The notes beneath the pieces are model-generated. The model saw nothing but the letters and a program-made list of their open reading frames with translations, had not been told where the DNA came from and searched no databases. From positions 1 through 64,000 of the IMG/VR virus record IMGVR_UViG_3300006169_000009: a DNA stretch of 64,000 nucleotides. One strand, 5' to 3'. Shown piece after piece: positions 9,885-18,886 of the stretch (its first letter is position 1; every line of letters starts with the position of its first letter). Source of the stretch: a virus. Lineage: Duplodnaviria; Caudoviricetes. A program made the translations under genes and the position numbers.

Positions 9885-10322
9885 TCAGTCCTTGACCGGC
9901 ACGAAGGCCCAGGTCTCGTTGGAGTCGAACAGCGCGTCCCACTCCTTCTCGGTGATCTTGTCGTCGGCGTAGAGCCGGGCGACCTTGTCCTGGTCCAGGT
10001 AGGTGCTCAGGCACTGGTCGTAGAGTCCCTTGCGGCGCAGGAACTTCTCGCCCTTGTCCTCGTTGAAGACGTTGGACACCCGGCGCTGGCGCATGAAGCC
10101 CCGGTAGCGACCCTTGGGGGTGTCGACGGGCTCGTCCAGGTCGTACACGAGGTGGCCCATCTCGTCGTCTACGACGCCGTTGTCGTCCGCGAAGGTGGAC
10201 AACTCCTTCTTCAGCGCTTCGACACGCTTCTTCAGTTCCGCCTGCTCGTGCTGCAGGCCCAGGAACTGGACGAACTTGCCTACGATGCCCGCCTTCGGAC
10301 GGCGGGTTACGGTCTTGGTCAT
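9885..10322 (-). CDS. hypothetical coiled-coil protein
   Basis: ATG at 10322 with GAGGA SD. Confidence 0.7.
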   Translation of the reverse strand: MTKTVTRRPKAGIVGKFVQFLGLQHEQAELKKRVEALKKELSTFADDNGVVDDEMGHLVYDLDEPVDTPKGRYRGFMRQRRVSNVFNEDKGEKFLRRKGLYDQCLSTYLDQDKVARLYADDKITEKEWDALFDSNETWAFVPVKD

Positions 10323-10398
10323 GCGGTGGTTCCTCTCATCTGGACCGACTCTAGCCGGTCTTCTACGTTGGGTCAACCCTATACGCTGCCACCGACAG

Positions 10399-12060
10399 TC
10401 AGGACAGCGCAGCCACCTCCGTGTGCTCCAGGTACTCTGTGAGGCTCGTCACGTCGTACACGAGGTCCCCGTAGGTCTCGTGGCGGTCCAGGCCCTGTCC
10501 GTCCAGGATGGCGCTGGCTACGGAGCGCTTATGGGTCAGCGAGGAGTAGATGCGCTCCTCGGTGGACCCCTCCACGAGGTAGTTCGCCACCAGCACCTTC
10601 TCGTGGCTGGAGTCGGCCCGGACATGCCGGGCGTTGCGCTGGTCCATCTTCCCGCTGCTGTAGGTCTGGTCGTAGTTGAGCAGATGGTTCGCCTGAGGTA
10701 GGTCCACGCCCATCCCTCCGGCATCGGTTGAGAGAAAGATCCGGCACTCAGGATCGTTCTGAAACTCCGCCAGGGCCGCAGCCTTCTGGTCGGCGTTCAA
10801 CTCACCGTTGTAGATGACCGACCCGTAGTCGGCCAGCGCATCCTGCAGCCGGGTCAGCATGCCCTTGAAGAACGAGAACAAGATGATCTTGTTGTTCGGG
10901 TTCGACTGCATGATCTTGTGTACGTCCTCCACGATCACCGCGAACTTCTCCGACTTGCCCAGGTCGTCCAGTTCCCCGTCGACCCACAACTCGTAGGCGT
11001 ACTTCGAGCCCTTGATAGGAGCACCCAGCGGAGCCTCACGGGACTCCTGGAAGTGGCGGGCGGAGTCGACCAGCAGTTCAGGGTGGTCACACAGCATCTG
11101 CAGCGCCATCATCTTGGCCGCGACCTTGCCTGCTGCGGTCATGTCTCCGCCGACATCGTCTCCCCGGTAGTAGGACTCGGGGTCGAACCCGACCGTCATC
11201 GTCATGTTGTGCAGGTCTTCGAGCAGTTCCTCTGCGATCAGGTTGTACAGCCTGCGGCTCTTGGCTGCCATCCCCACGTATACCTCGTCGGTCTGGACCT
11301 CGGGCATGTACGGAGCCACGTCCGGGTCCAGCCGGGTCTTGCGAGCCAGCACGGTACGGTTCAACTTCTCGTAGAGGATGTCGAGGTTCTTGTACTTCCT
11401 GATCTTGCCGTTCTTGTCGCGCTTGATGTAGGCGCGCTCGAAGGCCATCCACCCGCCGAGGATCGAGGGATCCACCCACTCCATGATCGAGTACAACTCA
11501 TCGGGCCGGTTCTCTACCGGGGTGCCGGTCAGTGCGATGCGGTACGGAGCCCACAGCATCTTGATCCGCTTGGTGCGCTTGGCCCGGAAGGTCTTGATGG
11601 CGGTGGCCTCGTCCAAGATGATGCACTCGGCCTTGATCCTCTTTACCTGTCGCCAGTCGTTGATGACCTGCTCGTAGCCGACGATGACGTAGTCGGGGGA
11701 GATGTCCTCGATCTGCTTGTACTGGGCCTTGCGCTTCTCCGGTGTTCCGTTGAGCAGGATGCAGTGCTCCTCGGTCGGGATCTCGATCTCCTGCGGGTTC
11801 TTCGAGCGCGGGCGCAGCACATGCTTTCGAGTAGCCACGTCAGTGAACCGGGCGATGGCACGAGCCCACTGGTACTTCACCCCACCCGGTACCACCAGCA
11901 GGATGGTGTCAGCCTTGACCTGGCCCAGCAGTTCCTCTGCCACCGCCAGGCCTACCACCGTCTTACCCAGACCCATCTCGTAGGCGACCAGACCGCACTT
12001 GCGATCCAGGCACATGTCGATGGCATCGTCCTGGTAGGGGTACGGGTCCAACTTCAGCAT
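10399..12060 (-). CDS. SNF2-family helicase
   Basis: EMGLGKT, ILDEA, ALTGTPVEN, STDAGGMGVDL, QRNARHVR. Confidence 0.92.
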   Translation of the reverse strand: MLKLDPYPYQDDAIDMCLDRKCGLVAYEMGLGKTVVGLAVAEELLGQVKADTILLVVPGGVKYQWARAIARFTDVATRKHVLRPRSKNPQEIEIPTEEHCILLNGTPEKRKAQYKQIEDISPDYVIVGYEQVINDWRQVKRIKAECIILDEATAIKTFRAKRTKRIKMLWAPYRIALTGTPVENRPDELYSIMEWVDPSILGGWMAFERAYIKRDKNGKIRKYKNLDILYEKLNRTVLARKTRLDPDVAPYMPEVQTDEVYVGMAAKSRRLYNLIAEELLEDLHNMTMTVGFDPESYYRGDDVGGDMTAAGKVAAKMMALQMLCDHPELLVDSARHFQESREAPLGAPIKGSKYAYELWVDGELDDLGKSEKFAVIVEDVHKIMQSNPNNKIILFSFFKGMLTRLQDALADYGSVIYNGELNADQKAAALAEFQNDPECRIFLSTDAGGMGVDLPQANHLLNYDQTYSSGKMDQRNARHVRADSSHEKVLVANYLVEGSTEERIYSSLTHKRSVASAILDGQGLDRHETYGDLVYDVTSLTEYLEHTEVAALS

Positions 12061-13031
12061 CAGTCGAACCTAGCCAGGACCCCGGAGAAGGATGTCTTCA
12101 CCGCCTCCGCGATCTCCTCGTCATCCATATCGCCCACGTCCTTGACGTCTAGGCGACCGTAGTTGAGGAAGCGCAGGCGGAAGCGGCTGCTCCAGTGCTT
12201 GTGCAGCATCTTGCTCGACCGCTCCCCGGCATCGTCGTTGTCCATCGCTACGAGGATCCGAGACGTCACCTCGTTGAGCAGGTCCATCTGCTCCTGACTG
12301 ACCCGGTCACCGAAGCATGCCACTCCGCCGGGGAAGCCCGCAGTGTGCAAGCGTACTACGTCCAGCGGACTCTCGACCAGGATCGCAGTCTCGTCGTCCT
12401 GCAGTTGCTGGAAGCCGAACAGGGTCAGCGACTTCTGCATGTGCTTGGGGTAGTTGTTGAAGTAGCGATCCTCCTCGCCCTTCTCCTGCCACCCCCACAA
12501 CTTTCCGGTCCAGGGGTCGCGGATAGGGATGATCCAGTGGTAGGTCTCCTCATCCCAGCGAACGCCGTAGAAGTCACACGACTCCGGGTCCAGGTCACGG
12601 TTCTGGCAGGCCCACTCCGGGACCTCCACATACAGAGCCATGTCGGCCTCGGTGATCTCCACCTCAGGCTCAGCGATGTCCTCGATGTACCCGCCTTCGA
12701 GCATGAGCCGGGCACGCTCGATGGAGCCGCGCTCGTTGATCCAGTCGACCGCATCCTCTCGGCCACGACCACGGACGTACTCGACCAGGGTGACGAAGGG
12801 GCCGTAGAACCCGCAGGCGAAGCAGTTGTGGTCCCCAGTGGTGATGTTGACCGACCAGTGGCCTCCCCTGTCCAACTTGCCGAGGTTCTTGGGGTGGGCC
12901 GGGCAGCGTCCCTGGATCTCGTCGTCTCGTACGTAGTCGACCTGGATGCCCAGTTCCTCCAGGCAAGCCACAGGGTTGCCGGGTACCGGCTCCTGCATGG
13001 CCTTGTTCCATCCCGCCTTGCCGACGTCCAT
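12060..13031 (-). CDS. DNA primase (Zn finger + TOPRIM)
   Basis: CPAH..CFAC; LVESPLD; AMDNDDAGE; KDVGD. Confidence 0.9.
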   Translation of the reverse strand: MDVGKAGWNKAMQEPVPGNPVACLEELGIQVDYVRDDEIQGRCPAHPKNLGKLDRGGHWSVNITTGDHNCFACGFYGPFVTLVEYVRGRGREDAVDWINERGSIERARLMLEGGYIEDIAEPEVEITEADMALYVEVPEWACQNRDLDPESCDFYGVRWDEETYHWIIPIRDPWTGKLWGWQEKGEEDRYFNNYPKHMQKSLTLFGFQQLQDDETAILVESPLDVVRLHTAGFPGGVACFGDRVSQEQMDLLNEVTSRILVAMDNDDAGERSSKMLHKHWSSRFRLRFLNYGRLDVKDVGDMDDEEIAEAVKTSFSGVLARFD

Positions 13032-13044
13032 GGCGGTGAGCCGG

Positions 13045-14316
13045 TCAGATCGCCGCCTCATATGCCTCTCGCTCCTCGGTGTACGGGTCCTCGGCGCTGA
13101 ACTCCTCGAAATCCCCGATCTCCCAGTCCCAGCGCACCAGCGTCTCGGCTCCCGAGGTGTTACGTCCCAGCACGATCTTGACCTTGCGCACGTTGGGGTC
13201 GTCCTCGTACTCCCCGATGGGCTTCTCCACGGCCACGACGTTGTCGGAGTCCTGGGCGAACGAGGAGGCGTACCCGATGCTGTTGGAGGTGACCCCCTTC
13301 TTGCGGCTCATCTTCCACTCCAGCACCTGGGTCGAGTTGACCACGGGGATGTCGCGGTTCTGACTCATGCGCTTCAGGCCTCGGGTGATGTTGGTCAGCG
13401 CCTGCGGGCTGCCCTTGGCCTCGCCCTCCTCGTCGTCCAGCATGTAGGTGCCGTCGATGAAGACGATGTCGGGGTTGTAGCGGTTGATCTTGGCATCGAT
13501 GCCGGTGAGGGTCGAGGTGCTCATGGTGTCGTTGCTGAAGAAGAACGGCTTCATGTTCTCGAACATGTGCATGTTCTTGCGCAGCCGGGCTTCCTCCTCA
13601 TGAGTCAACTGGCCGGTGCGCAGCCGGGTGTGGCTGACCTTGGCGATGATGGCGTCGAGTCGCTCCTCCTGCTCCTCGTTGGTCATCTCGAAGCCGATGA
13701 ACAGCGGCGTCACGCCCATGAGGTGTGCGGTCATGGCAGCGATCAGCATCATGGTGGACTTGCCCGCCTTGGGTGGTCCGACCATGGTGGTGAGTTGCTT
13801 CTTCTGGAAGCCCTGGGTGGCACGGTCGATGGTGGGGAAGCCGGAAGGGAGACCACGTAGCGCTCCATCGAGGTTGCGCAGGTCTGCGTAGCGCTGGATG
13901 CGCTTCTCCACGGTGGTGGTGATGTCGACGTCATGGCTGACCGCGATGTCGTTGGAGACCGTGCGCAGAGCGTGGACCATGGCGGCCCGGCAGCCCTCGG
14001 GGTCCTCGGAGTCGTAGAACGCCACGGCCTCGGTCAGCGCACCCTGGTAGATCGACAGCGCGTGGTTGGCCCGGACCTCGTCCATGAGGAAGAGTTGGGA
14101 CTCTTCGGACTCGGTGAACTTGTAGGTCGGGAAGTCCCGCTTCATCGTGCGGACGGTGGGGACCTCGCTGTACTCGCGGCTGTGCGCGAGCATAGTCTCG
14201 AAGACGGCTCGATTGTCCCGGTTCTTGAAGAAGTGCGGACGGATGCCATAGTCAGTCGCGTCTCCGAGAGTCTTGTCCGCGAGGATCTTGCAGACAAGAG
14301 CGCGCTCAACATCCAC
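13045..14316 (-). CDS. dnaB: DnaB-like replicative helicase
   Basis: GPPKAGKS, FEMT, VFIDG, SFAQDSD, GRN. Confidence 0.92.
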   Translation of the reverse strand: MDVERALVCKILADKTLGDATDYGIRPHFFKNRDNRAVFETMLAHSREYSEVPTVRTMKRDFPTYKFTESEESQLFLMDEVRANHALSIYQGALTEAVAFYDSEDPEGCRAAMVHALRTVSNDIAVSHDVDITTTVEKRIQRYADLRNLDGALRGLPSGFPTIDRATQGFQKKQLTTMVGPPKAGKSTMMLIAAMTAHLMGVTPLFIGFEMTNEEQEERLDAIIAKVSHTRLRTGQLTHEEEARLRKNMHMFENMKPFFFSNDTMSTSTLTGIDAKINRYNPDIVFIDGTYMLDDEEGEAKGSPQALTNITRGLKRMSQNRDIPVVNSTQVLEWKMSRKKGVTSNSIGYASSFAQDSDNVVAVEKPIGEYEDDPNVRKVKIVLGRNTSGAETLVRWDWEIGDFEEFSAEDPYTEEREAYEAAI

Positions 14317-14766
14317 TCAGAACTCTCCCAGCAGGTCTGGCTTGTACGGGTTGAGGATGCGTCCCTTGGACCCGAACGTGAACCGGTGGTCGGGGTTGGC
14401 GTCGTAGATCGCAGCGACCTGCGGCATGGTTGCGATCCGGCGACCCAGCAGGGATACCTCATCGAACCACACACGACGGACAGGAAGATCCTCCTTGTCC
14501 AGCCGCTTCTCCAGCGGAGCCACAACGCGAGGGTCGGTGAAGGTCACCACGTCCACCTCCATGTTGTACCTCCAGGTCACGTCCCACATGCGCTTGGCCA
14601 GCGCGTCGTTGATCTCGAACTGGTTGACGAAACGGCGGTAGCGGTTGAACCTCAGCAGGCTCTGGGCCTTGACCTCTGCGGTCTTGGTGGGCAGCAGCCC
14701 GATCAGGCCCTCGAACACGATGACCAGCCGAGGCACGAACTCCCCGCCGATGTCGTTGCCCTGCAT
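14317..14766 (-). CDS. hypothetical protein (possibly degenerate HAD-like fold)
   Basis: LVIVFEGLI and VVTFT pattern; weak. Confidence 0.6.
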   Translation of the reverse strand: MQGNDIGGEFVPRLVIVFEGLIGLLPTKTAEVKAQSLLRFNRYRRFVNQFEINDALAKRMWDVTWRYNMEVDVVTFTDPRVVAPLEKRLDKEDLPVRRVWFDEVSLLGRRIATMPQVAAIYDANPDHRFTFGSKGRILNPYKPDLLGEF

Positions 14767-15068
14767 CAGAGACCGGGCAGCGGCAACTGACCTTCGACCT
14801 CGGCGGGGACAGCAGGCTCGTAGCCCTCGTCCATGGCGGCATCGGTCATCGGGTACACGTCCTCGTCGTTGCGCTTGGCTACCCACTGCCCATGCGAGAC
14901 CGGGAGATTGCCGTGCGGAGTCTCGACATACAGCCGCTCGTGATCGACGTTCCAGTAGATCCGGTGGCTGAGGTTGGAGACGTCTTCAAAGTTGTCTCCC
15001 ATCCAGCGCACGGCCAAGATCTCGGTTGGCCGGTGACGGTACCGGCGGATGCTTCGTTCGTCAGTCAT
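14766..15068 (-). CDS. hypothetical protein
   Basis: YRHRPTEILAVRW..ETPHG..GQWV, a pattern common in phages. Confidence 0.7.
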   Translation of the reverse strand: MTDERSIRRYRHRPTEILAVRWMGDNFEDVSNLSHRIYWNVDHERLYVETPHGNLPVSHGQWVAKRNDEDVYPMTDAAMDEGYEPAVPAEVEGQLPLPGL

Positions 15069-15786
15069 CGGTGGTGTCCTCTCGTTGACGTTCGACTCTA
15101 TCACGCCACTCGCGCAGTAGTCGATCCTTGCGGTCCTTCTCCTCCTGGGTCTCCTCGGGCTCGTCGCGAAGCCGCTCGCACTCCTCCAGGCAGGAGTCGA
15201 TCCAGGCCTCGATGCGCCGCTTGCGCTGGGTGGCCTGGTAGGTCTGCTCGTGGTACGGCGTGTAGACCGGCTTCTCCTTGACCTTGAAGCCAGCCGCCCG
15301 GACGGCATCGATCTCGGTCCCGAACTTGCCGTGCTCCTTCAGCGGCTCCCAGAAGTCGCGCAGGAACTGCCACTGCATCGTGGAGGTCGGGACGTCGTCC
15401 ACGTCGGTCCAGTAGACCCGGACCATGTGCTCCAGCCAGTGCTTGACGAACACCTCGCCGCGCTGCCACTCGTGCCAGGTCGGCGGCTTGGCCTCACCCC
15501 GCAGGCATCGCTGCATCTGGACGTCGGAGTCGACTACCTTGCGTAGTCGCTGGGCGAACTTCTCGGCGTTGACCGGCGGGCGCTCGCCCAACTTCTCGGT
15601 CCCGGTCTCGATCCAAAGGACGGCGATCCGGTCGATGTAGTCCTTCGGCTCCCAGGAGGAAGGCTGTCGCTCCGAGAAGAAGTTGCGTCTGCGTCGAGGC
15701 CGGGGCTTGGCTCGTTCGTCTACCTCGCCCTCCTCTCCCCACTCCCGGTGGGACCGGATGGTGGGGTCATCCGAGTAGCGACTCAT
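15061..15786 (-). CDS. hypothetical protein (possibly replication-associated)
   Basis: SD GAAAGG; lies between the putative origin and the helicase. Confidence 0.7.
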   Translation of the reverse strand: MSRYSDDPTIRSHREWGEEGEVDERAKPRPRRRRNFFSERQPSSWEPKDYIDRIAVLWIETGTEKLGERPPVNAEKFAQRLRKVVDSDVQMQRCLRGEAKPPTWHEWQRGEVFVKHWLEHMVRVYWTDVDDVPTSTMQWQFLRDFWEPLKEHGKFGTEIDAVRAAGFKVKEKPVYTPYHEQTYQATQRKRRIEAWIDSCLEECERLRDEPEETQEEKDRKDRLLREWRDRVERQREDTTDD

Positions 15787-15821
15787 GGGTTTGCCTTTCG
15801 AAGTCTCACACGCACGTCCCT

Positions 15822-15918
15822 GTTTCTTTCATCTCTTGTATCTCTTGTCTATTAAGACGACCAGATCCTGGTCTAGTTGTGCCCAGAATCTGGGCGTGGT
15901 CATGACCAGATTCTAGGC
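15822..15918. repeat. putative replication origin: three 15-bp imperfect palindromes plus AT-rich direct repeats
   Basis: GACCAGATCCTGGTC (15859), GCCCAGAATCTGGGC (15881), GACCAGATTCTAGGC (15904); tandem ATCTCTTGT x2. Confidence 0.55.
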
Positions 15919-16398
15919 GTCACTCTCGCGCACCATCCTTAGCACACGAGCCTTTTCTCTTTTCGGTGCAGCCATGGGCCGGGACTTCAGCCACGGCACC
16001 GTCTTCCCCTCCCGGATCATCTGACGCTCTTGCTCACACCACCGGAGCACCTCGATCCGGTGCGGGATGTGACCTCCGTAGTAGCCCTCCGCAGACCCTC
16101 TTCTCTTCTCCCGGTAGATGTACCCCAGGTCTTGCAGATCGTTGAGGATCTTGCGCACCGTCTCCCGAGACTTGGCCCCTGTCCCTTCCATGATCGACTC
16201 TGTGTAACTGTAGGCGAACAGCACCGACCCAGCAGGCTCCCCCTCAGCGTTGTTCTTGCTCACGAAGCAGTGGAGGCAGAGGTAGCAGAGCATCCCGTAG
16301 TGCGCCATGCTCGGGAGGTTGTGGGCTTCCTCACCTGCCCACCGCAACAGCGTGAGTGTCGTTTGCTTGGGTCGAGCCTGGTCTGATACCGTAGTCAT
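15913..16398 (-). CDS. winged-HTH protein, putative replication initiator
   Basis: SIMEGTGAKSRETVRKILNDLQDLGYIYR wHTH; adjacent to the palindromes. Confidence 0.65.
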   Translation of the reverse strand: MTTVSDQARPKQTTLTLLRWAGEEAHNLPSMAHYGMLCYLCLHCFVSKNNAEGEPAGSVLFAYSYTESIMEGTGAKSRETVRKILNDLQDLGYIYREKRRGSAEGYYGGHIPHRIEVLRWCEQERQMIREGKTVPWLKSRPMAAPKREKARVLRMVRESDA

Positions 16399-16495
16399 GC
16401 GTTTCCTCTCTGGGAAATCGGGGTTTGTGGTGGGCCTCGATGCGCAGTGAGAGCCCCGGTCGATGGTCTTCGGATCTCCCGGGGCTCTCGCACGT

Positions 16496-16933
16496 TCAGC
16501 GGTTGCCCTTGGGACTCTCGTAAGGGTGGTTCCGCAGGCACTCCTTGTTACCCCCGAACGTCCACTTGCGCAGCCTGTGATGCCACCCACAGGTCCGCTG
16601 GTCGTCGTGGGTGTGGAACTCCCCCATCGTGTGCTGGGAGACGTCCTCGTCCAACTCCCGCCAGTCCTCGGTGACCTCCTTGGGCGTGACGGGAGCGTAC
16701 GCTACCGGCTCCACGTCAGGGATGTGGAGGTCGAGGGTATCTCCCTCACCCTCGTCCGGGCGCAGGTAGCCAACCACCTCCCGGTCCACACCCGGGCCGG
16801 AGTAGACCAACTCCACGGCGGCCACGTAGAAGTTGCCGTAGTTGGTCTCCACGAGGGTCTTGCCCTTGCCGTCGAGGGCGGCCTTGACCTTGGCCGCGAG
16901 TTCGACTACCGGACCCATGATGTGCTCACTCAT
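16496..16933 (-). CDS. hypothetical protein
   Basis: tiles with the upstream gene. Confidence 0.6.
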   Translation of the reverse strand: MSEHIMGPVVELAAKVKAALDGKGKTLVETNYGNFYVAAVELVYSGPGVDREVVGYLRPDEGEGDTLDLHIPDVEPVAYAPVTPKEVTEDWRELDEDVSQHTMGEFHTHDDQRTCGWHHRLRKWTFGGNKECLRNHPYESPKGNR

Positions 16934-18218
16934 CCGGCCCGCCCTCTTCGAGGACGTCACCGGTCTTGGGGTCCACCTTGCGCCAGATCGCTCCCTTGGG
17001 CAGACGGCCCCGGCCCTTCTTGGCCCAGTTCCCGACCTCGTCCTGGACCTCCATCACGGCCCTGTCAGCGGGCGTACGGGCCTGTGCGGGGGATCCATCC
17101 GCCCGAGGCTTCCCAGGGCTCCTGCGCCCCGTGCTGGGCTGCTCAGCAGGCTTCTCGTCGCCTACCACCTGTGTGGTGTCGGGGTTCTCCCCTCCCTCGT
17201 AGCGAGCCACACCAGCGTGGGCCCACATCATGGCGGCCTCCAACTGGGTGATCGCCAGGTGCTTCTCGTGAGCGGCCTCGGAGGGGATGATCTCCTCGTA
17301 GATCCGGGCGAGAGCGAGGGTCTCATCACGCAGGCGCTCATGCTTGGGCACGGTCACCTCGTTTGCGCGGTGGAAGTTGAACTTCCGCTCCAGCGAGCCT
17401 GCGCTAGCCTGGGCCTTATCGGCGGCCTCGTTGACCTCGCCGGTCGCCTGGGCCTCGTCAGCAGGCTCCTGAGCACGGCTACGACGAGCCTTCCGCTGAG
17501 GGGTAGGCTCGTCAGCCTTCTCGTCCTCCAGCGGCTTCTCCTCGGTCTCCAGGGAGCGCGGACGACCCCTACGGCGGCGAGGAGCAGGATCGACCTCGTC
17601 TGGATGCTGCGCCGCAGTGGTGGACTGCTCGTGCCGGTCGTCGGGGTCCGCATCGTGCCCGGACTCAGGCTCACGCCTGCGCCGACGAGAGCGGGGAGGA
17701 GCGGGCTCCGGCTCGGTATGAGCCATACCTCCTTCGTCTACTTCACCGAAGTCCAGGTCGTCCAGACCAGCGGAGAGGTCCAGGGCAGGGATACCGGCGT
17801 CCTTGGCCGCCTCCAGCAACTCCTCGGAGATGTCATCCCCGTCCTCACCCCACGAGAGGACGAGGTAGACCTCGCCTTCCTCCTTGTCGGAGGCCAACTC
17901 CTGGACGAGGCGGGCGGAGACGTCGATCGCCTCGATGGTCTCGTTGGCGTACTCCAGGACGTCACTGACGGCCCGGCTCTTGCCTTCATCGTTGACGACT
18001 ACGTCGTAGCCGACGTCGATGGCCTCGGTCCACTTCAGGACGCCTTCGAGCGTCTTGGTCAGGTGGGCCTTGGTGGCGGGGAAGATCAGCCGCAGGTCCA
18101 GACCCTCGGGGAGGCTGTCGTCCTCGACCCCCAGGAAGTCGTTGAGCAGGCTGGAGGTGTTCTGGTACGTGGAAGCACCCTCGCCAGCGAACGCAAGGGT
18201 GAGTACTCTGTCTGCCAT
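16926..18218 (-). CDS. multidomain protein: N-terminal alpha/beta domain, AT-hook-like motifs, Acb2/Tad1-like hairpin domain
   Basis: RRRRGRPRS, KKGRGRLPK; FNFH..HEKHLAITQLEAAMMWAHAGVAR. Confidence 0.65.
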   Translation of the reverse strand: MADRVLTLAFAGEGASTYQNTSSLLNDFLGVEDDSLPEGLDLRLIFPATKAHLTKTLEGVLKWTEAIDVGYDVVVNDEGKSRAVSDVLEYANETIEAIDVSARLVQELASDKEEGEVYLVLSWGEDGDDISEELLEAAKDAGIPALDLSAGLDDLDFGEVDEGGMAHTEPEPAPPRSRRRRREPESGHDADPDDRHEQSTTAAQHPDEVDPAPRRRRGRPRSLETEEKPLEDEKADEPTPQRKARRSRAQEPADEAQATGEVNEAADKAQASAGSLERKFNFHRANEVTVPKHERLRDETLALARIYEEIIPSEAAHEKHLAITQLEAAMMWAHAGVARYEGGENPDTTQVVGDEKPAEQPSTGRRSPGKPRADGSPAQARTPADRAVMEVQDEVGNWAKKGRGRLPKGAIWRKVDPKTGDVLEEGGPDE

Positions 18219-18263
18219 GTTGCTCCTATCAGATGGGTGGCATCCGACAGGCTAGCAGCAATA

Positions 18264-18536
18264 TCACTTTGAGGGAAGAGGTGGGATGCGAGAACCCCGC
18301 CGGAGGCTAGGCATCTGAGTGGCGGTGGGCTCGGGGATGAAATGTAGCACCAGAGTCTGCACCACGGCAACCCCTCCGGCGATCCCGGCAGCCATCAGCC
18401 AGTCCGGGTAGGTCAGGTAGAAGGCCATTCCCGCGACGAGCAGCGGCTTGATGGGGCCGGGGATCTCCCAGGGCAGTACCTCCCGAAGGAAGGACCACGC
18501 CCAGAAGACCCCCAGCACCTGGACAACGAAGATCAC
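18264..18536 (-). CDS. small membrane protein (holin-associated)
   Basis: 2-3 hydrophobic segments; adjacent to the holin. Confidence 0.6.
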   Translation of the reverse strand: MIFVVQVLGVFWAWSFLREVLPWEIPGPIKPLLVAGMAFYLTYPDWLMAAGIAGGVAVVQTLVLHFIPEPTATQMPSLRRGSRIPPLPSK

Positions 18537-18877
18537 GCTCGGGCGACTCGACCCGGAACTGCCGGGGTGACCTGTGCGCGCTGTACGAGGACGACTGCGG
18601 CACCGACCAGAGTCACGAAGGAGGCCACGAGTTCAGGACCCACTTCGACGCCGAACGACAGGAGTAGCGCGCCGACTGCCACGATCAGGTCGGTGAAGAC
18701 CGTCGGGGATACCGGGCGCGTGGCGAAGCCCTTCAGGACACCGAAGATGGCGACCAGGACCGCGATGATCCCAGCCTGTACCTCGGCGCTGACGGGCAGT
18801 ACGGTGACGCTGACGACGACCAGGAGCGCCTTGGCGAACTCCAGGATGACGGCAGGCTCTCTACCGAAAATGAGCAT
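18533..18877 (-). CDS. holin
   Basis: MxIFGREPA N-terminus, four TM segments, RAQVTP C-terminus typical of actinophage holins. Confidence 0.7.
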   Translation of the reverse strand: MLIFGREPAVILEFAKALLVVVSVTVLPVSAEVQAGIIAVLVAIFGVLKGFATRPVSPTVFTDLIVAVGALLLSFGVEVGPELVASFVTLVGAAVVLVQRAQVTPAVPGRVARA

Positions 18878-18886
18878 GTTGCGTTC

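Noticed and set aside
15787-15915. Stop readthrough or frameshift joining the wHTH gene to the 15061-15786 gene
   Set aside because: All three minus-strand frames hit stops in the gap.
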